From: Amoebidium appalachense
Taxonomy: Eukaryota; Protista; Ichthyosporea
Assembly (NCBI GenBank): GCA_963693365.1
Contig: CAVNZM010000005.1
Coordinates: 3,595,716 to 3,659,715 of the forward strand
Reading direction: 5' to 3'
Length of the DNA stretch: 64,000 nucleotides
Shown here: positions 29,019 to 42,145 of the stretch, in pieces
Layout of the letters: the number at the start of each line of letters is the position of its first letter
How positions within the stretch are numbered: the first letter of the stretch is position 1
Position numbers and translations under genes: made by a program
The notes under the pieces: model-generated
Told to the model about the DNA's origin: nothing
What the model saw: only the letters and a program-made list of their open reading frames with translations
The model's database searches: none

Positions 29019-29964
29019 AAAAAAAAAAAAAAAAACACACATACACAGATACACCAGCATGCAGGTACGTCAAAAACTCGCGCCTACATACAACATGACG
29101 TCCCCACCACCGTCGACTGTTACACACCAACCTCCACACACACTACGACCACAGTCACACACGAACAGGGGTGTGTACAAGCAGACACCACAGCCACACA
29201 CGAAGAAGTATTCAGCCTCACCTGCTGCTGCACCGGCTGGCGTTGCATGGATGGAGAGGCCCCGTATTGAGGCTGGAAGGGGTAGGTAGGTGTGGAATTA
29301 GTCTTTATTGTCACAAACTCTTGTCACACAATCACATGCACATACACCAACGCACAGGCACAGCCACAAGCATATGCGAAGGGACATCCATCCCTACCCA
29401 CCCATCCAATCCACCCACCAACACCCGCACGTGCACACACACGTCCATTCCTGTGCTATCCCCACTCCCCGCTCTAACCATACATTAACTACCCATCCAC
29501 CCACCCGTGCAACACACCAGCAACTACCCAAAGCCGCATATATAGATTTATGCATCTTCACGACTAGAAAGAGCGTGGACTGCCCCCCCTCCCCCCTTGT
29601 AACCTGTGTCGTGCCCCCCCCCCCCCCCCCCCCCTCCCCCTCCCCCCCCCCCCCCCCCCCCCCCCCCCTCCCTCCCTCCCTCCACCCCCATCCCCACCTC
29701 CTCTCTCCCACCAACAACGACCGGCGCCCCCATTCTCACCAACACCCACGCCCATGCAAACACTGGTAGGAACATTTATGAACCCAGGCAGACTTTTTGA
29801 CAAAACTCCGTGTATCCACACATCGGGCCAACTACTCACACACACATTTGGAACTGAAGACACTCAAATGCACACATCTGCACACCGATGCACACCCACA
29901 CATGCAAAAACACAACTCCGCCCAGAAACGCATTACAACAACATCCTTTCGTCACCAGCATGCT

Positions 29965-29996
<32 letters not shown>

Positions 29997-30128
29997 CCTG
30001 GTACTGCTGCTGCTGCATGGGGTTGTATCCCTGCCCGTAGCCACCCATCGGTGCTGATGGCTGCACGGGTGGTGGTGCCTAAAAGACAATGACGTTATCC
30101 ACTGCCCAATGCCCCTCCCCGCCCCTCC

Positions 30129-30185
<57 letters not shown>

Positions 30186-30468
30186 CCCCTCCCCCCCCCT
30201 CCCCCCTCCCTCTTCACCCACCCACACGCACACGCACACGCACACGCACACACACGCACCAACTCACACATCCACCTACTCAATGAGAAAACCAAAACAA
30301 CAGCAGCAGCAAGGATACAAAAACATGAACCAACGAGCACTCATATACACGATGATAACACGATGACAACAAAAACTTGGGAAACAAAGGTGACTCGTCT
30401 TGAACACATACCACAAAGCAGCACCACACATTAGACACGAGAAGCAAGTGGGAACAGAGAGATGGGGA

Positions 30469-30504
<36 letters not shown>

Positions 30505-32413
30505 GGGGGGGAGGGGGTGAGGGGGGCTGGGAGGGAGAGAAGGGGAAGGCGGGCAGAGGATCCGAGACGAAGGGACGGAGGGAGGGAGAGATTAGGGGGT
30601 GGGGGGGGGGGGGGGGGGGGGGAGGGGACGACGGGGGGTGGGGGAGGGGGGGGGGGGGGGGGGGGGGGGGGGAGGATGAGAGATGAGGGAAGGAAGTGAG
30701 GGGGAGAGAGAGACACCACCTACCTGTTGGGTGGGGAACTGTGGGGCCGTGGGTGCTGCAGGGGGAGGGGGCAGGCCAAAGCTGTCCATGTGGGAGGATG
30801 GGGGTGGGGCACTGTCCTCCGTCGGTGGGGGTGGGGGCAGATCGTCGAGACTGCCCATGCCTCCCTCCCCCTGGGGGGACCTGGAATAGGGGCCGCCCCG
30901 TCCTTAATGCACTTGGTGATGTAGACGGCCTTGTATTTGGCATACTTGCGCTTCTCATCAATCTGTGTGTGTGTGTGTGTGTGTGTGTGTGAACGTGTGT
31001 CAATGTGTGTGTCTGTGTGTGTGTGTGTCTGCTCGCACGTGCCACGAGGTGAACGGATCACAGTTGTTTGAGAGAATACCTACAAAGGCATGCTTGCTCA
31101 GACCCACATATCCGTCTTTTCTTCAGTAAAGTTATCCAGAAAAAGGATAGAAGAAGAGGGCAAGAGAGGCAGGAAAGTTTCAAATGCTTGGTATATCATA
31201 TATATCGGTGCGTGTATGTGTGGGAGCGAGGTAGGAGAAAGGGAAAGGGGGGGGGGGGGGGGGGGGGGGTTTGGATGCGTCAAAAAGTACGAAGTACACA
31301 AGAACAAACGGATAACACGATGCAGAATGCAAGCCATACAGCATGCATGATAAGCAGAGCCCATCCTCAGGGGGGGGCCACGTCATCCACAGTACCCGAG
31401 TTTCGACCTATTCACCTCGTTAACGAAACCCAACTCAGATACTGTTTCACTTGAACATGGGTAGGTCACCCGTCTTGATCAGAGACGAGCAGGGTTGCTT
31501 ATGCTGGCAAGGGCAGTGGGAAAGGCCGGGGGTTAAAGTTGCAGCAGTAAGCAGAAGCAAGAAAAATATAGATAGGAACTCAGGAGACGCAGCTTCTAGG
31601 AAGCTCCCCTGTCGCTACCTAAGTCGATACTTCCCTGGCTAACATACTACACCAGCTGAAAAGAATTAAGTCCCGAAGGCCGCAGAATTCGCAATCAGAG
31701 GGAAAAATATGAGATTTGACCAACGCCGCAGGGTAGTAACACGCTTACTAGGGCGGAACTTTAACGTCTTCGAACGGAAAGCTATGCCCCCGGATGTCAG
31801 CCGGAAATATGGTATCACCCATTGCTTTGGGCTTGAAAAAAGCCAAATCGATAGTCCGAGTTATGTTACGCCGGCGGGTAACATGCCGCATGGGTTCAAA
31901 GGGAGCTGTCGCCAACAGAGCAGTGTGTGCATGCGTGCACGTAACACAATGTGTAAAGTGTGTCTATAGCTATGAGAGGGGGTATGCAGAAGTGGACAGG
32001 GGGGGGGGGAGAAGGGGAAAAAAACAAACAAAAAAAAACAACAACCCTGTGGTGGACAGATCAGAGATCAGAGAGATGGGGAGAGGGGGAGAGGGAGAGA
32101 GAGAGGGAGAGAGAGAGAGGGAGAGAGAGCAAGGGAGGAGCCACACTGATATCGAGACGCACCGGTCCAACACAACTTCCACATCACCTAATCCCCCCCC
32201 CCCCCCCCCCCCTCCTCCTCTACACACACACGCACGAACACACACCGGCCCCCTCCCCCTCCCCCTCACACACAGACACACACCCACACACCCACACCCA
32301 CGGACACACATGTGCACGCACACGCGCGCGCGACTTGCCTCGGCCGGAATGTCACCAAAGGTCTGCATTGCATCCATCAGAAAAGACGAGGCAAGGAACA
32401 GCTTGGCCGTGGC

Positions 32414-32491
<78 letters not shown>

Positions 32492-33422
32492 TCTGTGGGT
32501 GGATAAATGGGTGTGTGTGTGTGTGTGTGCGGGCGCACGTGCGGATGTTGGTGTGTGGGTGCGGTGTGCGTGGATGTTTTGTGCAGGGAACTAGGGGGCG
32601 GGAGGGCAAAGATGTTAGAACGTGGTACACATTACACAGAACAATTTACACCAAACAACATTTTACTAATTCAAAAAAAAAGAGCACACACACAGAGTTT
32701 GTAACAGAAGTGTTGTGTCTGTGAGCGCGCGCGCGTCTGTGTGCGGGAAGGGTTTTTTTGGGGAAGGGGAGAGGGGGGGGGGGGGGGGGGGGGGGGGAGC
32801 ATATGCATGGGTGTGCGTGCAAGCTTGGCTGCCAAGTAAAGGGTCAGGCAACTTTGTGAGTGTAGATGTAGGTGCCAACATCTCTGAGGATGTGCTGTGA
32901 ATGCGTGTCTGTATGTGATTTGGGTGGCTGGCTGTAACAATACTCGGAAACTACAACACTAGTGCTTCTGGCATGAAAATGGAACCACAACGAAACTGCA
33001 GCCTGCCTTGATTGTTCACCCAAGTAATATAGCAGATTCAACATGCAATCCCAGCATCATAGCTCCCAAAGTCAAACAGCCAGCAATCCACTACCATCTA
33101 CTTTAGTGCAGGCACACAACACATTGCTGGGTGGAAGGAAAGAAATACCAACACAAGCACAAACACTTCAACACCCCCTTTACCGACAAGTATGGACTCA
33201 AAGCACACCCACACACACTAGGGCACACCGACAAGCCCGCAAAAACGGGAAGGGGAAGAAGCACAGGGGAGAAGGGAAGGAAGCACCGGGGGGGGGGGGG
33301 GGGGGGGGGGCACAATGCTGTGCAAGTAACTGTGGGGGCACGCACTTGTCACACTTTCCAGCACGGTCCTGGTTGTCTGCGTGGGTGAACAGCCTCATGG
33401 CAAAGTTCTCCACATATGCCTG

Positions 33423-33454
<32 letters not shown>

Positions 33455-34131
33455 CACGACGTCAGCTACACACACCAGCAGCACCTCCCCCCCCCCCCCC
33501 CCCCCCCCCTCCTCCTCCCCTCGCACCGCCACCTCTCTCCTCCTGCTCCCGTCCGAATCACCCTTAATTGTATCCTCAACCTCCCAAGCTTTCTTTCCAT
33601 CGAAAAGGTTGAAAAACGTGTGTATGTATGGTTACGAAGCTAGTTGGAGTATATACTAGTAAAAAAAAGCGCAGTCCCCCTCCCCCTCCCCTCCCCCAAC
33701 TTCTTGCAGCGGCGGTGGCGGTGATGGGGTTGGGAGGGGGGTGGGGGTGGGGGAGAGAGAGAGGTATGCAATAAAAGCACGAAAGCATTGTCATCAGAAA
33801 CGTCTAAGACCCCCCCCCCCCCCCCCCCCCGTGTCTATCATCCAGGGCCTTCTTTCCCCCTTCTCCAGTGTTCAGCATCCCTTGTCCTTCCATTTCATCT
33901 TCCCTCCCTTACAACCTTTGCCCCCACAAAGATTCCCCAAAGATTTTCACCAACATCACTCGGGCCTGTAACCTACGCCCGTTCCCCCCCCCAAAAAAAA
34001 AAGCCTCATCCCCCCCCCCCCCCCCCCCCCCCCAATCCAACCTTCCTCTCCACACTCACTACCTCTCATACATCCCTCCTCCTCCCTCCTAACCCCCCAT
34101 TCCCTTCCGAAAACCACCACCACCACCACCA

Positions 34132-34208
<77 letters not shown>

Positions 34209-34509
34209 CACCTCCCCCCCCCCCCCCCCAAAAAAAAAACAAAACAAAAAAAAAAACAAAAAAAAACAATAATATTAATAATAAGAAAACAAAACGAACA
34301 GAACACACCCCACATTCACACCCACCTGGCCAACGTTGGCATCCGACAGCTCTTCCCTTGCACCCAGCTCTGCCTTTTCCTGCAACCACACAAATCCCTT
34401 CAGCAAGGTTCCTGCCTACATGCCCCCTTGCCTAACACACACACACTTCGTTTCTGCCGACCTTCGCGATCTCCGTCCTCCCCCCCCCCCCCCCCCTCCC
34501 CCTTCCCCT

Positions 34510-34561
<52 letters not shown>

Positions 34562-34718
34562 CTCCCCACCACCACTACACACACGTGTTTCCCCCCCCCA
34601 TCTCTTGCCTCTAAGAAGCAGATTTCAAAACCTGACCCCTCTTTCCTTTCGTTCTGCTTCCCTCCCTTTCCAACCCTACTCCCCTCTTCCTCCACTCCAA
34701 AAATAAAAAGGACCCATA

Positions 34719-34755
<37 letters not shown>

Positions 34756-35839
34756 TTCCCTTCCCCCCACACACATATGCCAAACACATATGCCATACAT
34801 GCGGTTCAATACAGAATGGCAGAGAGAAGCATAAAGGACCCTGCTGGTTGCGCTCTGAGGAGAAGGGGCAAAGAAAAAAGAATCAATTGCCAGTTTCGGC
34901 AAGTATGGCATACTTGCAGGCTCGAAGTGTTATGCATCAGCACGTTCACAATTACATTCAGCTACGCCCATCCACCTCCACAAATATATTGGCACACATC
35001 TCTCCACCCAACACACACCCACTTCTTCCACACCACATTGAACCTAACCAAGAACACACCTTTTCCACCTCGTCCATCACAGCCAGGATAACTCCGAGAA
35101 TGGCTTTATCCTTCGTCTTCCCTTGGTCCTTCATGGCTAGCTCAAGAGCATAGCGCTTACCTGGGCAGTCACCAAATTCAATACAAGATAGAATCTTGCT
35201 AACATGCTTGCAAAGCTTGTATAACCCCATCCCCATGCTTTCTCATGTGCGGACACACACAGGCGGCTGTGTGCGGTAGATTAGCAAACGATGAAAGCAC
35301 AGGAAGTAACGAGGAGCTGGTAAGAAAGAATTCCAAGCTTAAGGGCATAACCGTGCAAACTATTCAGCTGCCCAACCAACCACCCACACAGCGGTGTGTT
35401 TGAGTATGTGTGCATGTGTACGTAGGTGCTGGTGGGAGGGTGGGGGGGGTGGGAAGCGCGAGGGGAGGAGGGGAGAGGGGGGTGGTGTTGGGGGGAGGGA
35501 GGGGAGGAGGGGGGAGGGGAGTAACAGGGACTCTTCCTTCCCTTACTCGCTTAGTCCGTGCGAGAGCTTCAGCAGGGATACAGATGCAGAGTCAAAGTCT
35601 ATAGCTAACATTCAACTCAAGTGTACGAATCACAGAGAGTCAAGCCATACACACAAGCTAAGGGCCACTCACACAAACAAATATTCCTCCCTCACGTATT
35701 AAGCTCTTCCAATTAATAGTAATCACAGGCACTCACAATAGAAGGCGATCACCGGGTCTCTCGCCTGGAACTCTGTTGCTCTGTCCAGAAACGGACCCAT
35801 GCTCTTGAGCGCGGGTGGAAGGTCTTTGGAAGTCACCAT
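27534..35839 (-). CDS. VTA1: Vacuolar protein sorting-associated protein VTA1/LIP5 (MIT domains plus C-terminal VSL)
   Basis: Ten exons: 35839-35737, 35160-35060, 34379-34326, 33419-33346, 32414-32339, 30962-30724, 30078-29998, 29272-29222, 28583-28470, 27596-27534. Motifs [54 protein letters not shown] and [29 protein letters not shown]. There is an apparent homopolymer frameshift near 30865-30880, and intron 5 has a GC donor. Confidence 0.92.
27666..27788 (+). mobile_element. Short (123 bp) terminal fragment of the dispersed YR-like repeat, in the last VTA1 intron
   Basis: Near-identical to 2851-2974 and embedded in a poly-C tract on both sides. Confidence 0.8.
31270..31999 (-). mobile_element. 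Dispersed repeat, copy B (~730 bp), putative non-autonomous DIRS/Ngaro derivative, in VTA1 intron 5
   Basis: Highly similar to 53040-53775. The minus strand has a degenerate GHSF...RWS motif (~31715-31790) resembling the tyrosine-recombinase C-terminus. Poly-G on both sides. Confidence 0.75.
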
Positions 35840-36818
35840 CTTTGCTAATCACTTAGCAACACCTAATTTGAAGTGTAATATCGCACTGTAGATGTTGACC
35901 AATTCACACAGGATGCTAGGTAGGTGATAAGAAAAGTTGGCCTGCTGAATAGTGGTGCACTGCGCGGGAGAAACTACAAAAAAAAAAAAAAAAAGCCAGC
36001 GGCTCACGTCTCTGTTTGCCGCAACGGAAAAATGCAAAAGATGACGTAAGCATAACTTTTGATCCAATAGTCATAAGCTTAAACTTACTATATATGACTA
36101 TTTGAGATCTAGATTCTGTGTGTACGCCAGATCTCAGCACCGGACACCGAAAACACGGTCGTGGCACCGTGCGGATTAGATCTGGCGTAGATTCTGGCGA
36201 CCGTACAGCAGGTCCTCCTACCCCACGTCCAACACACGTGCTGCCATTTATGCAAACTGCAACACCCAGGGGAAGAGAAGAGGGGATTTCTAAAACAAAG
36301 TTATGTGCACTACGAGGCCTAAAATATTCAACAATACAGTAGTTATCGGCCTTTAGTTACATAAATATTGGAGCGTGCGCGCGGTTGGCAACGGTTTCGA
36401 TGCGATAATTTAACAATAGTTCGAGTCCATTAATTTACCTTAACATTAGTTCGAGTCCATTTCTCATAGATACATGTACCGACACACATATTAAGCATAC
36501 ATAGATAGCACCCTAATTAGTATACTGTCGGTGCTGTGTGGTAGACGTCTCGGTAGTTCCCTCGAGGGCAGCTGCAAAGGTAAACGCGATAAAATAACAT
36601 AAAAAAGACTTCATACTGTAAGCATGTGTGTGTGTGAGCACCATCATAACCACTAGTGTTTCCGTACACTGAATGCAAGTGTCGGATGTGCACCCGATTC
36701 CATTGCAACATAATTAACGACAACTTGATGTACAATGTGCGACACCTTGATGTACAATGATAGCGAGAAAGTAATAAAACTTTATTGACCATTTGACCAC
36801 TGAAATGATACAAAGTCG

Positions 36819-36878
<60 letters not shown>

Positions 36879-37096
36879 ACACGTGTGTGTGTGTATATAT
36901 ATGTGTGTGTATGTGTGTGTGTGTGTGTGTACATGTATGTGTGTGCCGGCGTGTGTATAGTGTGTTTGTGTACGTGTAGGTGTATATGCACGTGTGTGTG
37001 GGTGGGTGTGTACACGTGTGTGTGTGTGCGTATGTGTGGTTGTGTGGTTGTGTGGGTGGGGTGGGGGGGTGGGGGGGGGGGGGGGGGGGGGGGGGG

Positions 37097-37460
37097 GCAA
37101 CCACATCATCGGCAGAGCCAACTTGCTCAGATACGAAGTATTCCGCTAAAGGCAAAACTATTCTGCAAAAAACAGAGTTCAATTCAAAAAGCAGAACTGT
37201 TCTCCAAAACGCGGAATTATTCGGTTTTTAGCCAGAGTCCCAAAAAGCAGAATTATTCGGCATGCGGCAGCAGAATAAAATTGCTCAAAGCCGAATAATT
37301 CTGCTTTATAAGTTAGCTGAATGCAATTATGCTTTTTGCGTAATTATTCTACTTTAAAAATTTTGCATAAAAATATTTCTGCTTTTAGCAGAATAATTCT
37401 GCTTTTCGCGGAACAAATCTGCTTTTGCTGAATAATTCTGCTTAATTGCTGAATAAATGC
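37097..37460. mobile_element. Foldback/MITE-like element with internal GCAGAATAATTCTGC palindromes
   Basis: Bounded by (G)nCA...TG(C)n and contains multiple AAAAGCAGAATWATTCTGCTTTT-type units in both orientations. Confidence 0.55.
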
Positions 37461-37503
37461 CCCCCCTTCCCCGGGGCCCCGGCCCTCCAAACAGAATCTT
37501 TGT

Positions 37504-37614
<111 letters not shown>

Positions 37615-37616
37615 AT

Positions 37617-37785
37617 TTTATCCCGTTTTGTTCCCGGAGGTACCCCTGGGGGCCCTCCTGGGGAACTACCATCTTCCACCCAGCACCGATAGTACTCTAG
37701 CTAGGGTGCTACGATGCTATTAGCTAAGTAACACACCTATAATAATCCTAACTATATGTAACGCTTTGCCCAGGGTATTAACCCC
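37617..37785 (-). mobile_element. 3' end of a LINE/SINE related to the element ending at 7265
   Basis: The reverse complement reads GGGGTTAATACCCTGGGCAA...GAGTACTATCGGTGCTGGGTGGAAGATGGTAGTTCCCC...CCTCCGGGAACAAAACGGGATAA, followed by (CA)n. Confidence 0.75.
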
Positions 37786-37792
37786 TGTGTGC

Positions 37793-37881
<89 letters not shown>

Positions 37882-38438
37882 CGAGCGTGTGTGCATGTGT
37901 ACATGTGTGTGTGTGTGTGTGTGCTCCGCGCGTGCGTATGAATGTGTGTGAGTTTGTTTTTTTTTTGTGGAGCGGGGGGGGGGGGGGGGGGGGGGTCTGT
38001 GTGCACGTGGGTGCACGTGCAAATTAGAAACCGTTAGCTGCTCCATCAAAGAAAGCAGCTAGGAGGAAAAGAAAGGACTTCTGTTTTCTTCCTAACTCAC
38101 ACTCCGAGTAAACCCATTCGATGCAAATAGCGTGTAAATGGTCTGTCAGTGAAAACATAACAATATTAATCTTGTTCAATGGCACAGGGAATCCGGCCTG
38201 TTGGCCGTCTTGTCAGATAAAATAACTAAAACAATGGGATTGATTCATGCGCATGCCATTACAGTTATCACTAGTTTAAAAAAAAAAAAGATACAAGGAC
38301 GACGGTAAAAAAAAAAAAAGACCTTTGGCAGACACGAGTCAAAATCGAGGCTACATAGTGATTCCTAGAGCAATTTGCAAGGAGTCAACGAATTTCTTAA
38401 ATATAAATACTAAATTCGGATTCGTAAGATACGAAGAA

Positions 38439-38508
38439 CTTGCAAGCTAATGAGCAAACAGTGCGTGTGTGACGTCATTGTAGTGGGGGCCGGTACACGT
38501 GTGGAAGG

Positions 38509-38510
<2 letters not shown>
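38439..38510 (-). pseudogene. ~70-bp third fragment of the hydrolase 3' end
   Basis: Matches 39109-39178 (last codons and stop) with small indels and abuts a (CA)n tract. Confidence 0.8.
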
Positions 38511-38594
<84 letters not shown>

Positions 38595-39120
38595 CCATCA
38601 AAAAGAGGGAAATTACAAAATAACGACCATAAAAACAGTATGAGTCAGCAGGCACTTTCCATTCGTTCCGTCCTAATACGCTTCTCTGCAGCGGCACTTT
38701 TTTTGGAACAATTCGCAAATTATTTTACAGCGGCGTTCCTTTCTTTATTTGGAATTTCTGAGGTCAAACAAAGCAATTGGTTCACAGTGGGTTCGACCGG
38801 TCAGGCAAATTCACAACGTAGCTAGTATAGTATTTAGATTTAAGTTGGAATTCTCAGCTTATAGAAACGATAAGCGCTGTAATTTCTAGTTTTCGTGCCT
38901 ACACAACGATATCAGTCCCGGGCCTGTTGTGAAGTGAGGACATTCATATGATATGCATATGTTGCAATTCATACATACCGCAAGATTCGTTATGTAGCTC
39001 ACCTTAAAAATCTCTGTGGCAAGCAGCATGCCTTCTTTGTTTTTTTTTAAGTTTTCTTAAAATAGTCACTATATTTGTAACAGAGATAACAAGCAGAATC
39101 CGCAATATCTTGCAAGCTAA

Positions 39121-40341
39121 CTAATGAGCAAACAGTGCGTGTGTGACGTCATTGTACTGGGGGCCGGTGTGGAAGGCCATGGGGATGGCCAGGCGTATTG
39201 TCGTGGGGTCGTGCAGGCGCAGCTTTGTGAGGTCGATCATCTGCAGGTTGCGCACGGCTGGCGTGGAGAAGTACAGCCGCCGGGCGCTGTGGTCGCGCAC
39301 CACGGTCCAGGCCGTGGTCCAGTCGTCGGCGCCCTTGGCCAGCGACACGCGGCCAATCATGGCCGTGGCCGCGCTCACGTGGTCCACTGCCGGGTCGCTG
39401 GACACGTATGACAGCTGGTGGGGCCCCAGCGCGCCAGCCCAGGCGCCCCCGCTGCGCACGGCACTTTCCTGCAGCATGGCCATCTGCACCAGGCGGTCCT
39501 CGGGCGAGTAGCTGCCGGCCCCGTGCATGGCGGCCTCGAGCGTGGCGTTGGAAACCACCGCCACATCCGCATAGTCGGTGCCGTTAAGCCGTGCCCGCAG
39601 CTCCGCCCGCATGCCCTCCCACGTGGGGTCGTTGGTCATGGTCATGACGTTGCGGCTGTCGTACATGCACACCCGCGCCCCGGCCTCCTTGGCCCTGCTG
39701 TGGATGGTGTCGGCCGAGGCAAAGCACTCGGGCGCCAGTGTGGCGTTCTGCGTGCCGATGAACTCCACCACCAGCGACTGGCCGGCCGTGTCGTGGAACT
39801 GCAGGTGGCCCCCCAGCCGGCCGCCGCGGGAGGCAAAGATGTCCAGCTCGGGCAGGTGGCCCTCGGCAATCTGGTGGGTCTCAAACTGGCGGCGCACGCA
39901 GGCCACGGTGTCGCACACGGCCAGCATATACCTGACCAGGCTGTACGAGCCCAGCACGGGCCGCGGGTCGGTCTGCAGCGGCTGCGGGTAGGTGGTGGCG
40001 TCGAGCAGCAGCATGGCGGCAGACAGCCCGGCCTCGTTGAGGCCGTCCAGGGAGGCCGTGGGATTGCGCAGGCCGTCCAGGAAGACGTAGCCGTGCACGG
40101 TGCTGACGGCTGGCGTGCTGTTGCACCAGTCGCAGCCCTTGACCGGCACGAGCTCGGTGGGCGTGCCGCGGGGCACGACGTTGATGTAGCTGTTGAAGTC
40201 CGGGGCGCCCCAGTCCATGGTGCGGGCCGACACGTGGTAGTTCTGCGCCGTGGCGTAGCGCAGCTTGAGCTCGCTGCAGGCCAGTACTAGTGCGCTGGGA
40301 GCCAGGAACAACAGAGTAGTGGCAGCCGTGGTTTTGGCCAT
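39121..40341 (-). CDS. Choloylglycine hydrolase / linear amide C-N hydrolase (Ntn hydrolase), secreted, copy 1
   Basis: Signal peptide followed by an N-terminal nucleophile Cys (LA|CSEL). Motifs SARTMDW, DGLNEAGLS, DTAGQSLVVEF, MTNDP and SPEDR. Intronless and very GC-rich; ATG context AAAATGG. Confidence 0.9.
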   Translation of the reverse strand: MAKTTAATTLLFLAPSALVLACSELKLRYATAQNYHVSARTMDWGAPDFNSYINVVPRGTPTELVPVKGCDWCNSTPAVSTVHGYVFLDGLRNPTASLDGLNEAGLSAAMLLLDATTYPQPLQTDPRPVLGSYSLVRYMLAVCDTVACVRRQFETHQIAEGHLPELDIFASRGGRLGGHLQFHDTAGQSLVVEFIGTQNATLAPECFASADTIHSRAKEAGARVCMYDSRNVMTMTNDPTWEGMRAELRARLNGTDYADVAVVSNATLEAAMHGAGSYSPEDRLVQMAMLQESAVRSGGAWAGALGPHQLSYVSSDPAVDHVSAATAMIGRVSLAKGADDWTTAWTVVRDHSARRLYFSTPAVRNLQMIDLTKLRLHDPTTIRLAIPMAFHTGPQYNDVTHALFAH

Positions 40342-40509
40342 TTTTCAGGTCGCAGTACTGTAATGAATCAAACACTGGAGTTTTGTTATGGAGTTGTCTG
40401 TGTGTATAACTCCACGTTTTAGCGTTTCAGTTGATTTCCTTCCCAATGACTGAGGAAAGTCCGATTCAAAGCTCTGATTGTTCTTCAAGTTCCCTGCCAT
40501 CATTTGAGC

Positions 40510-40625
40510 TTGAATGTAGTTTATATACCCTCCTGCTCTGCATTGTTTCAAGATTCTCATATATGATTGGCTGTATGTGGGATTGCTCCAAAAATTTCGG
40601 TTTTAAGGTTTAGCCAATCAAACTT
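40510..40625 (-). promoter_or_regulatory. Putative TATA and CCAAT promoter of hydrolase copy 1
   Basis: TATATAAA on the minus strand at ~40520-40527; CCAAT boxes at ~40566 (ATTGG) and ~40614. Confidence 0.45.
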
Positions 40626-41009
40626 CGCTGCCAGTTTGCCTTCGATGCCGCCAGTGGCGCCACCGCAGCGCGCTGCCTGCTGGAATTCGAAGGCGAACAG
40701 ATCTGAGTCGGCATCGAGCGAGAGTGGGAGATCAGAGGAAACAGGAGAGAGAGAGACCACGAGAAAGGGGGTAGAAGTGTGTTCAGAGGGCCGTGGTAGG
40801 AGGGGTAGGGAAGACAGAGCACAAGAAGAGACAAAAAGACAGAGAGGGAGGGAGAGGGGCGAGAGAGAGAGAGGGAGAGAGAGCTCGAGAGAGCGAGAGA
40901 GACCTAGAGAGCTGGATCCGGAGAGAGGGAGGGAGGGAGGGAGAGGGAGGGAGAGAAGGAGACAGGGGGGGAGGGAGGGAGGGAGTGAGTGAGGGAGAGA
41001 GGGAGAGAT

Positions 41010-41020
41010 GAGAGAGAGAG

Positions 41021-41114
<94 letters not shown>

Positions 41115-41170
41115 AGAGAGAAAGAGAGAGTCGAGAGAGAGAGAGAGAGATAGAGAGAGAGAGATATACA
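41010..41170. repeat. (GA)n microsatellite in the palindrome spacer
   Basis: Long GAGAGA run. Confidence 0.9.
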
Positions 41171-41368
41171 GAGAGAGCTGAGGTAGGGTGAGGAAATAGA
41201 AGCGCTTTACATGAGTGTTGTAGATCTAGAGGCAGACAGAAAGAAGGAGAAAGTGAGAGAGAGAGGGAAGGGAGGAGGGCATGGTCCATGGTGTGGGGCG
41301 AGAGGGAGAGCGAAAGAAGCAGACGAAAGGGAAAATGAAGAGAGAGAGGGAGAGAGGGAGAGAGCGTA

Positions 41369-41403
<35 letters not shown>

Positions 41404-41937
41404 TGGTTAGGCGGGAGAAGAGCTTGTCAGTTTGATGAAGGCGATGCACGCGCGCGTGCACGCGTACAAGTGCCCACTTGTGTGTTTGTGTGTACATGTG
41501 CATGTGTCAGTGTGTGCGCTTGTATGTGTTTCTGTGTTTGTGTGGCTGTGTATGTGTGCTTCTGCGTGTTTGTGTATAATTGTGCGTGCGTCTGCGTACG
41601 TGTGTGTGTGTGCTAGCACGTGCATGCGTGTCACGGTGTCCGTGTGTACGCAGCACTGTGACGCGTGTCAAGGCATCGTATGTGTCACATGCGCACATAG
41701 TTGTACGTGTGTTCGCCTGCACGTGTGTGAACGTGCGTGCGTGCGTCATGGCGTGCGTGCATGTGCGTGCGTGGGTGAGTGTGCATAATAGTGCATGTTG
41801 ACTGTAGGTGTAGGTGTGCGTGCTTGTGTGTCGCTTGTGTGTATAGGCGCGCTCGCGCGCGTGTGTGTGTGTGAATGCCAGCAAGCCGCATACCGCAGTC
41901 TCCCAAAACGTCGGCCCGAAGTGCGGACGACTCAAGT

Positions 41938-42050
41938 GATTGGTTGTATAGTTTATCCAATCACAATGTTTCAAACATTCGGAAATTTTCCTGATAGCAG
42001 CCAATCGCTATTGACCATGCCAAATAGTTTTGCCACAACAAAGTATAAAA
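41938..42050 (+). promoter_or_regulatory. Putative CCAAT x3 and TATA promoter of hydrolase copy 2
   Basis: ATTGG at ~41939, CCAAT at ~41957 and ~42001, and TATAAAA at ~42044, about 100 bp upstream of the ATG at 42146. Confidence 0.5.
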
Positions 42051-42145
42051 CAGACTCCGCCCATCAAATTCGAATCAAACCGATCAGTTGCTTGAACACT
42101 TCACCCTGAGACTCTGTGCTCGTACTTGTACTCAAAAAGGAGAAC

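Noticed and set aside
31451-31969. Small ORFs repeated in three places (MNMGRSPV..., MRFDQRRR...)
   Set aside because: They are conserved only because they lie in a young repeat. The first starts at a non-ATG codon, and neither has a recognisable domain.
39418-40290. Long antisense and alternative-frame ORFs over the hydrolase genes (also 42126-42911, 42215-43135)
   Set aside because: Shadow ORFs caused by high GC codon bias.
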